Shown here piece by piece: positions 27,731 through 36,295 of a DNA stretch of 64,000 bases; within the stretch, counting starts at the first letter, position 1, and each line of letters opens with the position of its first letter. Location: IMG/VR virus record IMGVR_UViG_2974725113_000001, positions 23,074 to 87,073 of that record; one strand, 5' to 3'. Source of the DNA: Oliverocinquevirus OLIVR5 (taxonomy: Duplodnaviria > Heunggongvirae > Uroviricota > Caudoviricetes). Made by a program: the position numbers and the translations under genes. The notes under the pieces are model-generated. The model saw nothing but the letters and a program-made list of their open reading frames with translations, was not told where the DNA came from and made no database searches.

Positions 27731-28312
27731 TTATTGATCCTTTCGATCATAGCGGTAAATAGTTCTCACAAGTTCATCACGAAGGTCTTCCATCATCCAC
27801 GCACCAGAGTCATAGGTGAGAGAGTTCTTTGGAGCGACCTTGTCTATCGAAGCCTTGACGGCATCATAATTTTTCACTTCGAAGGAGTTTTCTTTTGCTC
27901 CTCGGTACATCATTCCGATCTTCGAGACGGAAAGGAAAACCGGGACATGCACGATATTGTACTTGTCGAGGATATAGTCACATTGGACCTGAAGGGAAAG
28001 AGCTTCAGGGAAATTTCCTCTCATGTCCATATAAATCATCGACGACAAGAATGACCTCGGCATAATGACCTTGTTGTTGCCGTAATCTTCCATGTAAGCG
28101 ACGACTTCGAGGAGCTCAGAAATCGCCAATGCCTTGCTCACACTCACAGAAGTCACAGGGTCTTGGAAGAGTTCCTTGGCCTGGTTCGAATACCTCGTTT
28201 CATGAAAATAGTAACCGCGAACACTTGGGAACTGACGAAGCATTTCAGGTTTCGCCAGAGTCGACTTGCCTGTACGATCCATGCCGTCCAGAGTCATGAG
28301 AATTTTCTTCAA
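27731..28312 (-). CDS. P-loop dNMP/thymidylate kinase-like protein
   Basis: LDGMDRTGKSTLA; PRSFLS..IY...RG in the TMK DR-motif position. Confidence 0.7.
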   Translation of the reverse strand: MKKILMTLDGMDRTGKSTLAKPEMLRQFPSVRGYYFHETRYSNQAKELFQDPVTSVSVSKALAISELLEVVAYMEDYGNNKVIMPRSFLSSMIYMDMRGNFPEALSLQVQCDYILDKYNIVHVPVFLSVSKIGMMYRGAKENSFEVKNYDAVKASIDKVAPKNSLTYDSGAWMMEDLRDELVRTIYRYDRKDQ

Positions 28313-28635
28313 TCCTTTATCTCCATAAAGATATCATCGAGAGAATCTTCGCGATGAGTTGAAATTACGAATGATCTTATCATCCAGAAGAAGTTTTGTG
28401 AAATAGAAAATTCCCAGGATTGAGGAATTCCTTCGAGTTTGATCACGGACATCCAGGAGTCCGGCTCGACAAGAGGACCTTCAAGCGTGTTGTAAAGATC
28501 GAAACGATATCCATCATGAATGAAAGTCACGACAATGCCATAACCTTCGTTCTTGCTGACATACTTCTTTTCGAAGTCGCCTTTACGAACGATGTTCAGT
28601 ATCCGATTGAGGTGTTCCGGAGAAAGACTGTTCAT
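28309..28635 (-). CDS. hypothetical protein
   Basis: ORF track, coupled. Confidence 0.7.
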   Translation of the reverse strand: MNSLSPEHLNRILNIVRKGDFEKKYVSKNEGYGIVVTFIHDGYRFDLYNTLEGPLVEPDSWMSVIKLEGIPQSWEFSISQNFFWMIRSFVISTHREDSLDDIFMEIKD

Positions 28636-28910
28636 TTCTCGAGACCTTCGATCCGATGCTTCTGCTCGAGATAAGCCTTGATCAAATCTTCACGGTTCTT
28701 GAAACCGGTCTCGCGTTCGATCAGCGTGTCTTCGAGGTCAGGAGTGTGTTCCTTATCGTAGAAGGTGAGGAATTCCACGAAGGACTCGACGCCGGAATAA
28801 TTCAGAGTGTCGATAACCTTCACAGATTTGATGCCGACTCCTTCCTTCATGTGAAGAGGGAGGTGAGGGTTCACACCTTCGAGGATTTCGAGAAGATCAG
28901 AGACTCTCAT
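28632..28910 (-). CDS. hypothetical protein
   Basis: ORF track, coupled. Confidence 0.7.
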   Translation of the reverse strand: MRVSDLLEILEGVNPHLPLHMKEGVGIKSVKVIDTLNYSGVESFVEFLTFYDKEHTPDLEDTLIERETGFKNREDLIKAYLEQKHRIEGLEK

Positions 28911-29257
28911 TTGTTCTTCCTTTCTATTGCTTCGACTCGTTCCTTTAATGAATTCAGAGTGAAGTCTTTCCTGATTTTAGTCCAACGAATTTCATTCGCG
29001 AACGTTTCCACATCCTTGAAGAAATCCATTGATGCTCCGTAAACGTCGAAATCATCCTCGTCGTTATCAGCAGAGAATATCGAAACGTCGAAACCTTCTC
29101 GACCTTCGTATTGTTCAATGTTGAAGAGAGCAGAACCAATCTCGATAGAAATCCCGGTCTGACGGACGGATCGAACGTTGGCGATATTGACGTTCTCTTT
29201 CAGGAACGAGAGGAGTTCTTCTTCGACTCCTTTTGACGATTTGAATTCCGGTGTCAT
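28907..29257 (-). CDS. hypothetical protein
   Basis: ORF track, coupled. Confidence 0.7.
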   Translation of the reverse strand: MTPEFKSSKGVEEELLSFLKENVNIANVRSVRQTGISIEIGSALFNIEQYEGREGFDVSIFSADNDEDDFDVYGASMDFFKDVETFANEIRWTKIRKDFTLNSLKERVEAIERKNK

Positions 29258-29592
29258 CGCGATGCCTCGTCTATGATTTTCTTGAAAGTGGAAATAACAT
29301 CCGCAGGACCTTTGTATTCAAAGTCGAACATGTTCGTGAGCTCGCCGAAGAGACTCAATGACATGTCCATGAGAACGAACGAGATGTACCCGTTCTTCGA
29401 AGCTCCGTCGAATTCCGCGAAGATATAATCTTTGTTATCGAACGTCGTGTTCCGATAGACGGAGACACTCATGTTTTCGAGCGTGAACGAAATCGAATGA
29501 GTGAAGACCTGGGCATTTTTGATCATGTCGAGGTTGTTCTTGACGAAATTGAGGAACTCGTCTTCGTGAGTCTGAGTAGCTTTAATTCTCAT
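29254..29592 (-). CDS. hypothetical protein
   Basis: ORF track, coupled. Confidence 0.7.
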   Translation of the reverse strand: MRIKATQTHEDEFLNFVKNNLDMIKNAQVFTHSISFTLENMSVSVYRNTTFDNKDYIFAEFDGASKNGYISFVLMDMSLSLFGELTNMFDFEYKGPADVISTFKKIIDEASR

Positions 29593-29795
29593 TTCGATGT
29601 CTCCAAAACAGTTTGAGGAATGCAGGCGTACCGGATAATTTTAGACGATGAAGCGTCGTTGAGAATTTCAGCATTCTTTTCGCATTGAGTCTTTGTCTCG
29701 AAGACAGGAAATCTTCCGGTTGTTGTCCAATAATCAGTGATCGGACCACCATTGGAATTGAACATGACGAGGGTGAAGCAGATGACCTTAATCAT
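29589..29795 (-). CDS. small exported/membrane protein with a Cys pair
   Basis: Hydrophobic N-terminus; F.T..QC..NA......YAC pattern. Confidence 0.6.
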   Translation of the reverse strand: MIKVICFTLVMFNSNGGPITDYWTTTGRFPVFETKTQCEKNAEILNDASSSKIIRYACIPQTVLETSK

Positions 29796-30135
29796 TGATC
29801 TCGATACCTTGTTCTTCTGCAGCGAGCTTGACGAGGTTTTCTACGATGGGATCGCAATGATCCATCAGCATGTCCCACATGTTGCATCGAACATATGTCT
29901 TGACTCTGCTCGAGCTGAGACCGAAGATGGAATTGATGAGTCGTGCTCTGTTCATTCCACCATTGTTGAAAATGTCGTAATAGGCATTGGATGCCTTGCG
30001 GAAATTGTTGAGGTGTTTGTTCTTGGAACCTTTGATTTCGCCAGTTTCGAAGTCGGCTTTATTATCAACGAGATCGTCAAGAGCGTGGACAACCTTGGAA
30101 AGCTTGTGGTTTCCGTTCCAGAAAGATACCTTCAT
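29788..30135 (-). CDS. conserved phage hypothetical protein
   Basis: FRKASNAYYDIFNNG motif; first gene after the promoter at 30169-30197. Confidence 0.75.
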   Translation of the reverse strand: MKVSFWNGNHKLSKVVHALDDLVDNKADFETGEIKGSKNKHLNNFRKASNAYYDIFNNGGMNRARLINSIFGLSSSRVKTYVRCNMWDMLMDHCDPIVENLVKLAAEEQGIEIND

Positions 30136-30168
30136 TTTGAAATCTCCGTTTCGTGTTTCGTTATGTTC

Positions 30169-30197
30169 TTTCTAACTTAAACCTTGGTCTTTGTAAA
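30169..30197 (-). promoter_or_regulatory. early promoter
   Basis: TTTACA-aagaccaaggtttaagt-TAGAAA. Confidence 0.65.
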
Positions 30198-30252
30198 TAC
30201 GAAAAGTGCAAGTTCCTTAAATAAACATCTACTAAATAGAAAGGATAATGAA

Positions 30253-31050
30253 ATGAGGAAATGGTACTTTTACGTAATCACTTATAGCGGAGACAAATTG
30301 CCTCCGTTTTATGTAGGATTTGTGAATTCGGATTCCTTCGATAATAAGAACTATCACGGCTCCGTCAAATCAAAGAAATGGAAGAAAACTTGGTTCTCCG
30401 AATTAGAGGAAAATCCTCATTTCTTTAGAAGGAAGGCTCTAAGAACTTTCGATACAAAGAAGGAAGCAAAAGACTTCGAGAAAGAATTTATTAATCATTT
30501 CAGAGCGCACAAATCCGATCTCTTTGTGAATCTCTCTAATGGAGGGAACGAACATTTCGGCGGGCAGATAGGACCTCTCAGCGAAGATCACAAAGACAGT
30601 ATTAGAAAAGGTTCTAAGAAATCCTGGGACGAGTCCGATGACCATAGAAGATTAGCTGCGTCAGAAAGAATGAAAACTATAAATCGCGATGACGAATGGG
30701 AAAACAATAGAAAACAGGCAGTAGCTAAGGCTCGAAAAGATAAGGCAGATTTCATAGGTCCTCATCTTCCTCCTAAGAATAAAGGGAAACCTTCGAAAAC
30801 GATCTGGACCGAAGAAATGAGAAAGACAAAATCTGAAAAGATGAAAGGGAAGAAGTGGTCAGACGATACAAAGGCTAAAGCGAGCGAGATTCTTAGTAAA
30901 CCTGGATGTTTTAAGAATCCTGAAGGAGTTATCGTTTACTATAAAGGATTTGGTAAATTCTGCGCATCTATCGGGATAGGCGTACGAGAGATGCGCAGGG
31001 TTAGAGACGGTGTTCTAGAATCTTACAAGGGATGGACGAGAGTAGATTAA
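30253..31050 (+). mobile_element. second free-standing Seg-like GIY-YIG homing endonuclease
   Basis: FYVITY...FYVG...YHGSVKSKKWKK...F.TKKEA..FE...F.AHKSDLFVN; N-terminus clearly paralogous to 25474..26076; antisense. Confidence 0.85.
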
Positions 31051-31889
31051 TCTACTCTCACGCCATCGAGGAAGAACTTCTTGGCTCGATAAACGTCAAG
31101 AGGTTCACCTTTCCATTCCCAATATTCCGCAAGTTCATCGATAGTAGTTTCTCTGTAGTTCCCGAATATAATTTCGAATTCTTTTGCTAAAGGTTCTCCG
31201 TCATTCCAAATTCCCATCCAAATCGAACCCATTTCTAATTGAGTTCCAGTAGTCTCATGGAAGAGCATAGCATATATTGACACCTGTCGAGTATAAGAAG
31301 TGATATCGGACCACTCTTTTACTCTCTTCGATGACTTGAAGTCCACGAGTGTTTCGATGCCAGAGTCGATTATTTCCTGGTCAGTCTTAGCCTCTTTGTC
31401 GCCATCAAGAATAGCGATCAAGTCTGTTCGACCTGCGATGCGAAGGAGCCTAGAATACATTGCCTTTTCTGAGGCAACTACTGCGGTGATTCGATCATCA
31501 CACCAGGGCTTCAGATGCTGATAGAGAATATAGCCCTGCATGTGTTCATTTCGAACTTCCTTGTTCTCCACATAGTCTTGGAGATTTTGGTGCATGGCCG
31601 TGCCACGATCTGTAGCTTCCTTCGAGATTCGATCTGCTTCTTCATCGCCTACTCGAGCACGCCAAGCTTTGAGCCATTCGTCCTCGCCTTTCATAGCCGC
31701 GATCTTACCGAGCATCGTCGTGGCCGAGAAGAACTCTTCTCCAGGAAACAAAGGATTTCGATATACGCGATATTCAGGATAGTCGAAATTTGTCCAGCCT
31801 TCAGGGATATTGTAAACGTGGTCCAGCTGCTTGAAACGGTCCTTCGCAGGAGCCGTCACAAACTGCTTCTTCAAATTTGCAAAACTCAT
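31047..31889 (-). CDS. PD-(D/E)XK exonuclease (RecB/Cas4/MGME1-like)
   Basis: FSATT.LG, W..RVG..EA, RGT.MH, SE, AGRTDLI, VDFKSS, QVSIYA. Confidence 0.85.
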   Translation of the reverse strand: MSFANLKKQFVTAPAKDRFKQLDHVYNIPEGWTNFDYPEYRVYRNPLFPGEEFFSATTMLGKIAAMKGEDEWLKAWRARVGDEEADRISKEATDRGTAMHQNLQDYVENKEVRNEHMQGYILYQHLKPWCDDRITAVVASEKAMYSRLLRIAGRTDLIAILDGDKEAKTDQEIIDSGIETLVDFKSSKRVKEWSDITSYTRQVSIYAMLFHETTGTQLEMGSIWMGIWNDGEPLAKEFEIIFGNYRETTIDELAEYWEWKGEPLDVYRAKKFFLDGVRVD

Positions 31890-32410
31890 TATTTCTTTCC
31901 GATACTCACTTCTATGCCGTAGCATTTGGCATAATAGAGTCCGATTTCCGGAACGTCGATGAGGGCGCCTGTGGCTACCTTCTTAATGAAATCCAGGTTC
32001 GGATTTATGGCTGTGTATTTATTGTCTCGAACCAGAACGACGACACGGATTTCGACATCGTTTGGATGATTTCGGCCTCGAGTGACGATAGTCTTTTCTC
32101 GACTACTATCATTGAAGACATTCTCAATCGCTCGAGCGACGGGAGATATCGAAGCATCTACTGAACTGATGAGCTTGATCTTATTGGAAGGAAGGACCTC
32201 ATACCTAAGATCCGCTAGTTTTTCGTCGGTCACGTCCGGAGAAACGACGAGCTTTCTGGTTTCTCCATCTTTCTCGAAATCGTCTGTCTTCACGACTACG
32301 AAACCGATATTGTGCTTTACTTCTATCTGAGTCCCGAATCGATGGTTGCCGCCGTGATCGTAGAGCCTTTCTCGAGAATAATAAATGATGGAAGGAATTC
32401 CGTGTGCCAT
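31889..32410 (-). CDS. hypothetical protein
   Basis: ORF with GGAG RBS. Confidence 0.7.
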   Translation of the reverse strand: MAHGIPSIIYYSRERLYDHGGNHRFGTQIEVKHNIGFVVVKTDDFEKDGETRKLVVSPDVTDEKLADLRYEVLPSNKIKLISSVDASISPVARAIENVFNDSSREKTIVTRGRNHPNDVEIRVVVLVRDNKYTAINPNLDFIKKVATGALIDVPEIGLYYAKCYGIEVSIGKK

Positions 32411-32467
32411 GTCTTCTCCTTAAAATATTCAATAAATACCATACACCGTTTCAAAGGGATTGTAAAC

Positions 32468-32956
32468 ATGGACTCTTCAAAAATTCTGCTGGTTTCGAGG
32501 ATCGGCGCCACGAATTTGGTAGAGGCCGAAATCGATCCTCTTCCCCTCCAGCTCCTCGACGGAATGGAACCGACTAACTCCTTTGGATCGTATGATCCGA
32601 CAGGGAAGTTCGTCAAGAATCCTATCCGTTACGATTCCGATATGACCGAGATGCTGGAAAGAGCTTGTTCTGTTGGTCTTGTACTTGTTGACGAAGCTGA
32701 AGACGTCAGAGAAATTCCTTTCTCTAAAATCTGCACGGATCAGAAAGTTATCGTTCGAGACAAGGTTAAAGGACTCATCGAGAAGATGCAATCCGGTGGA
32801 TGGGATGCCAACAGAGGATATCCTATTGCTGTGAGGTTCGAGTATGGTGACAAGTGGATTATCCGAGATGGGAATCATCGTGCTTCTGCCGAGTTGCTAC
32901 TGGGCGCTTCCAATCTCAAATGTCTTGTGATCCACGTCAAAGACTCCTTCATGTAA
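32468..32956 (+). CDS. ParB/Srx-like domain protein
   Basis: GW.....PIAV......IIRDGNHR; start MDSSKI; AATAAATA upstream. Confidence 0.6.
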   Translation: MDSSKILLVSRIGATNLVEAEIDPLPLQLLDGMEPTNSFGSYDPTGKFVKNPIRYDSDMTEMLERACSVGLVLVDEAEDVREIPFSKICTDQKVIVRDKVKGLIEKMQSGGWDANRGYPIAVRFEYGDKWIIRDGNHRASAELLLGASNLKCLVIHVKDSFM

Positions 32957-32964
32957 ACCCTACG

Positions 32965-32995
32965 CGAGGCCAGAATTTCTGGCCTCGGAGGGGAT
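32965..32995. terminator. 10-bp hairpin between convergent genes with GGAGGGGAT flank
   Basis: CGAGGCCAGA-att-TCTGGCCTCG. Confidence 0.65.
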
Positions 32996-33080
32996 CATAG
33001 TCCTCCACGTAATCCACGGATATAGTAACTGGTCACCGCTAGCCATACGACCATGACGGTAACGAATGCGACGACGTGTG

Positions 33081-33260
33081 TCAGAGATTCCAAAACTTTG
33101 CTCCATCGATTGATGACATAAAGAGTGTGAAGATCGTAAGAAGAGTCATCATGAAAGACATCTTGTAATCGCCGAACCTATGCAACCTTGCGAACGCATA
33201 TCCGAGATATACAAGATTGATGGCCATAACGATGGCCATCAGAATTATTGCTGCTTTCAA
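33081..33260 (-). CDS. small membrane protein (59 aa, TTG start)
   Basis: Hand-translated MKAAIILMAIVMAINLVYLGYAFARLHRFGDYKMSFMMTLLTIFTLFMSS...; a further 32-aa TM ORF follows at 32995..33093. Confidence 0.5.
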   Translation of the reverse strand: MKAAIILMAIVMAINLVYLGYAFARLHRFGDYKMSFMMTLLTIFTLFMSSIDGAKFWNL

Positions 33261-33484
33261 GACCTCTTCCTTTCACGGAATGCTCGAGCCGCTGCCAGCT
33301 TGTCAGAAGAGTCGAATTCCTTCTGGACAGGCTTCTCACGACGGATCCGTTCAGGTCGAGCAGAGCGACGACGGATTTCAGCTTCGCGTTTCTGATCAAT
33401 CTTCTTCTCGGCGGCGCCGAAAATCTTGTTGATGAACCATTCGAAGATCATGACGCCGACAATGAGCTTGATGAAACGAAACAT
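33257..33484 (-). CDS. membrane-anchored basic protein
   Basis: Start MFRFIKLIVGVMIF; basic tail. Confidence 0.6.
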   Translation of the reverse strand: MFRFIKLIVGVMIFEWFINKIFGAAEKKIDQKREAEIRRRSARPERIRREKPVQKEFDSSDKLAAARAFRERKRS

Positions 33485-33780
33485 CAGTCGTACTCCACTG
33501 CGCCCGGATAATCCGGATAAGGCTCGACGTAGTGATCCTTGCGGCTTTCGTAGTGCCATTCCCAATTGTCCACTCCGCCAAATTCTAGCGCCGTAAGCTC
33601 CGCAGATTCGCGTTCAAGACTTACGAGATTGTCCAGCCGAATGAATTCGAGGTGGTCGGCTTCAGGCTTGTTCCGGTTCGCCATGGAAAGCGTGGTCTTC
33701 TTGAAGTTCTCGAGACCGAACTCGTCGATAGCATCAGCGATAATCTTTTCGAGAGACTCTTTGTGTTCCGCCGGCATCAT
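33484..33780 (-). CDS. conserved phage hypothetical protein
   Basis: L.ALE.GGVDNWEWY-like motif. Confidence 0.75.
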   Translation of the reverse strand: MMPAEHKESLEKIIADAIDEFGLENFKKTTLSMANRNKPEADHLEFIRLDNLVSLERESAELTALEFGGVDNWEWHYESRKDHYVEPYPDYPGAVEYD

Positions 33781-34304
33781 TTCAAAATTCCTTTCAACTG
33801 GATAAGCTCGTCAGTCAGGTCAGCAATTTCCTGAGCGAGCTTATCGACGTTCTTCAACGCCTTCTTCTTTTCCGAAATCTTCTTTTCCAGGTTCTTCAAC
33901 CTGTTCTGAGAGTTCACATATTGCATGTACTTCGGGTTCATGCGTTCGTAGAACATCTCATCGGTCTCTGGCATCCTTACCTTAACGTGAGAGTCGAGGT
34001 CTCCGTTATAGTCAGTTTCGATATCGACTTTCAAGAGTTCAACGTTTCCGTCTTGTGCTCTCTGCCGCATCTTTCCGAAGGATTCGATCATTTCCTTCTT
34101 GACCTTTTCTGCCCATTCTTCGATGTCATCTTCAGATGAGAAAGAAAGAGTGTCATTATAGACGTCGATGACGTCCTTGAAGAAGGCTGGTTCGTGACCG
34201 AAAACGTCGTAATAATACGACAAAATCTTGTCTACAGTTTTCCTCTCGTGTCCATGAGCTGATGCCCATTTGAGGAAATCATTGATATCAGAAGCAGAAG
34301 GCAT
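33777..34304 (-). CDS. hypothetical protein with coiled-coil C-terminus
   Basis: Start refined to MPSASD after AAGGAG. Confidence 0.7.
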   Translation of the reverse strand: MPSASDINDFLKWASAHGHERKTVDKILSYYYDVFGHEPAFFKDVIDVYNDTLSFSSEDDIEEWAEKVKKEMIESFGKMRQRAQDGNVELLKVDIETDYNGDLDSHVKVRMPETDEMFYERMNPKYMQYVNSQNRLKNLEKKISEKKKALKNVDKLAQEIADLTDELIQLKGILK

Positions 34305-34356
34305 TTCATTCTCCTTTAGAGAGGAGGAAATCATTCGGTTTCCTCCTGGATTGAGA

Positions 34357-34602
34357 TTACTCGATGCCGAGAGCATTCTTGTAGGTTTCGAAGATTGCTT
34401 CTTCTTCGACGCGTTCCGCAGGGTCCTGGCGACGAGTACGGATGATCTTCCGTGTGGCCTTTTTGTCATAGCCGGCGCTGTGGAGTTCGTCGAAGACAGC
34501 CTTGATATCGCCCTGGATGTTCTTCTTTTCTTCTTCGAGACGCTCGATGCGCTCAACGAATGCACGGTATTCTGCAGATGCGGTCTTGTTTACTTCAGTC
34601 AT
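34357..34602 (-). CDS. gapR: GapR/DUF2312-family DNA-binding protein
   Basis: RAFVERIERLEEEKK.I..DIK.VF.E....GYD.KA.R.II..R..D..ER.EEEAI.E.Y..ALG. Confidence 0.92.
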   Translation of the reverse strand: MTEVNKTASAEYRAFVERIERLEEEKKNIQGDIKAVFDELHSAGYDKKATRKIIRTRRQDPAERVEEEAIFETYKNALGIE

Positions 34603-34612
34603 TTCATTTCCT

Positions 34613-35026
34613 TCAGGTTTTGAGGTGGTTAGAGTTGTTGCTTGTCATTCGGTCAACCGAATATTCCATGAGCATATGAGACCTGGCTTCATGCCAATCG
34701 AACATGGTACATTCAAGGATAGCCGAAAATGAAATCGGTTCTCCGGTTTTGCAAATGAAAAGAGCATCTTGAATTGAGATGTTTTCGCTTACGAGATGAA
34801 GCTTAACACGGTTTCTGAAGAATGTAAAATCCTTTTTGCATCCGTGTTCATCTTTTTTGATCTCGAGATTTACGAGGATCATTGGGTTACCGAACATATC
34901 TCGACCCAGAGCCTGAGGGCTCGTGACGAGGCGGCGTTCGCCGGAGTCCATGCATTCGACGATCCAGATAGGATATGAGAAGCCTTTAAACATCTCATAA
35001 AATCCTGGAACCTTCTTCTCGGTCAT
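34613..35026 (-). CDS. hypothetical protein
   Basis: Start refined to MTEKKV after the promoter at 35085-35112. Confidence 0.65.
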   Translation of the reverse strand: MTEKKVPGFYEMFKGFSYPIWIVECMDSGERRLVTSPQALGRDMFGNPMILVNLEIKKDEHGCKKDFTFFRNRVKLHLVSENISIQDALFICKTGEPISFSAILECTMFDWHEARSHMLMEYSVDRMTSNNSNHLKT

Positions 35027-35084
35027 TTCCTGTATCTCCAATCTCTGGAATAGTGTTGGATGGTGTGGTGTGGTTAAATGTATG

Positions 35085-35153
35085 CTTACACTAGGATCAA
35101 GGTTCAAGTAAATACCTAAAATCCCCTCCAAGGCGAAATAAATCCGCCTTAGA
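35085..35153 (-). promoter_or_regulatory. stem-loop plus early promoter cassette (PeSL-like, degenerate stem)
   Basis: AAGGCG-gatttattt-CGCCTT-GGAGGGGATTTTAGGTA-TTTACT-N16-TGTAAG. Confidence 0.65.
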
Positions 35154-35159
35154 GTTTTG

Positions 35160-36284
35160 TCAGTTTCTAGGACCGTCGAGAGTTCCTGTTCCGGCATAGG
35201 TGTATGGCACGTTTTTCCAGACCGAAAATCCTGCAGGACCTCCATTACCGGATGGCCAATCTGGCCACCTTCCGCCATCACCGTTTCCATCTGCTCCTCT
35301 TTCACCAGGAGAACCGTTTTCTCCTGCTTGACCAAGAAATCCTCCGCGACCGCCAGCTCCACCATTACCACCACGACCGGAGTTTGCAGCGCCTGTAAGG
35401 CCTGGTTCACCTGGTTGGCCTCCTTGAGGACCTGAAGCTAATCCGCCTTGACCCCATCCGCCAACACTAAAAGTGCCGATCCATCTGCCACCGGAACCAC
35501 CACCACCCCAGACTTGCTCGTCACGCTCTCTACGGATTTCGTAGAAGTTCATATTATTAAATCTCTCTCGATAATTGCCGTAATACCATCTCCATCCGTC
35601 TCGCTCGACTCCTTGACCATTCCAACCGTTTCGGTATTCGCCATTCCACCACCAATAGCTAGGCTCGCCGTGGGCAGTTCGAGGATTGTTCAGCTGATAG
35701 GCTGGACCTTCATTGATCCTATTCCACCAAAAACCTGAACCGCCTGTTCCACCTGGACCACCAGCACCGCCGCCGCCGCCGCCGCCAGAGATTCGGCCGT
35801 TGTTAGTGATGATCGTATTAGGGTGGAAAACAGAAATCCCAGCACCGCCCTGCTTACCATTTCTTTCAGAAGCGTTCGTAGAACCCCATCCGTTTTGGCC
35901 TCCGTGGCCTACAACATGAGCTCCTGCTTCAATGACGATTTCTACGACGTTATTGCCGAAATCCGTCTGAATGACGATGGCTGCCTCTCCGACTCTGTCA
36001 GAATAAACTGTCACACCAGAACGGATAATGACAGTCTTCTTGTTAAGAGACGCTCTTTCAGCTGCAGTGAAAAGACTGGCGACGTTCAAGTCACCTCTAG
36101 TAGCCGTGATAACCTTCGTGATATCTCCGGAGAGACCAAGAAAGTCAGACCATTTGATTTGGCCTGACGTTGGTAGAGAAGGACTCGCTCCATAAAAATT
36201 CGATAATAGGACAGGTCTTTGATCTTTCCTGAATTCGTTGGCGATTTGAGAAAGCGTCAAAGGTCCGACAATAGGTAGAGGCAT
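35160..36284 (-). CDS. glycine-rich tail-fibre tip adhesin (T2/T6/S16 gp38-like), intact copy B
   Basis: LP..GPL...QIA.EF...P..LS.FYG N-terminus; GGGGGGAGG glycine-rich motifs alternating with Trp/Tyr-rich loops. Confidence 0.75.
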   Translation of the reverse strand: MPLPIVGPLTLSQIANEFRKDQRPVLLSNFYGASPSLPTSGQIKWSDFLGLSGDITKVITATRGDLNVASLFTAAERASLNKKTVIIRSGVTVYSDRVGEAAIVIQTDFGNNVVEIVIEAGAHVVGHGGQNGWGSTNASERNGKQGGAGISVFHPNTIITNNGRISGGGGGGGAGGPGGTGGSGFWWNRINEGPAYQLNNPRTAHGEPSYWWWNGEYRNGWNGQGVERDGWRWYYGNYRERFNNMNFYEIRRERDEQVWGGGGSGGRWIGTFSVGGWGQGGLASGPQGGQPGEPGLTGAANSGRGGNGGAGGRGGFLGQAGENGSPGERGADGNGDGGRWPDWPSGNGGPAGFSVWKNVPYTYAGTGTLDGPRN

Positions 36285-36295
36285 ATTCTTCTCCT

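Noticed and set aside
34613-35410. 265-aa version of this ORF and ORFs 36145..36504 and 36583..36768
   Set aside because: The upstream parts are alternative-frame read-through of the glycine-rich adhesin genes. The real gene starts at 35026, after the promoter.
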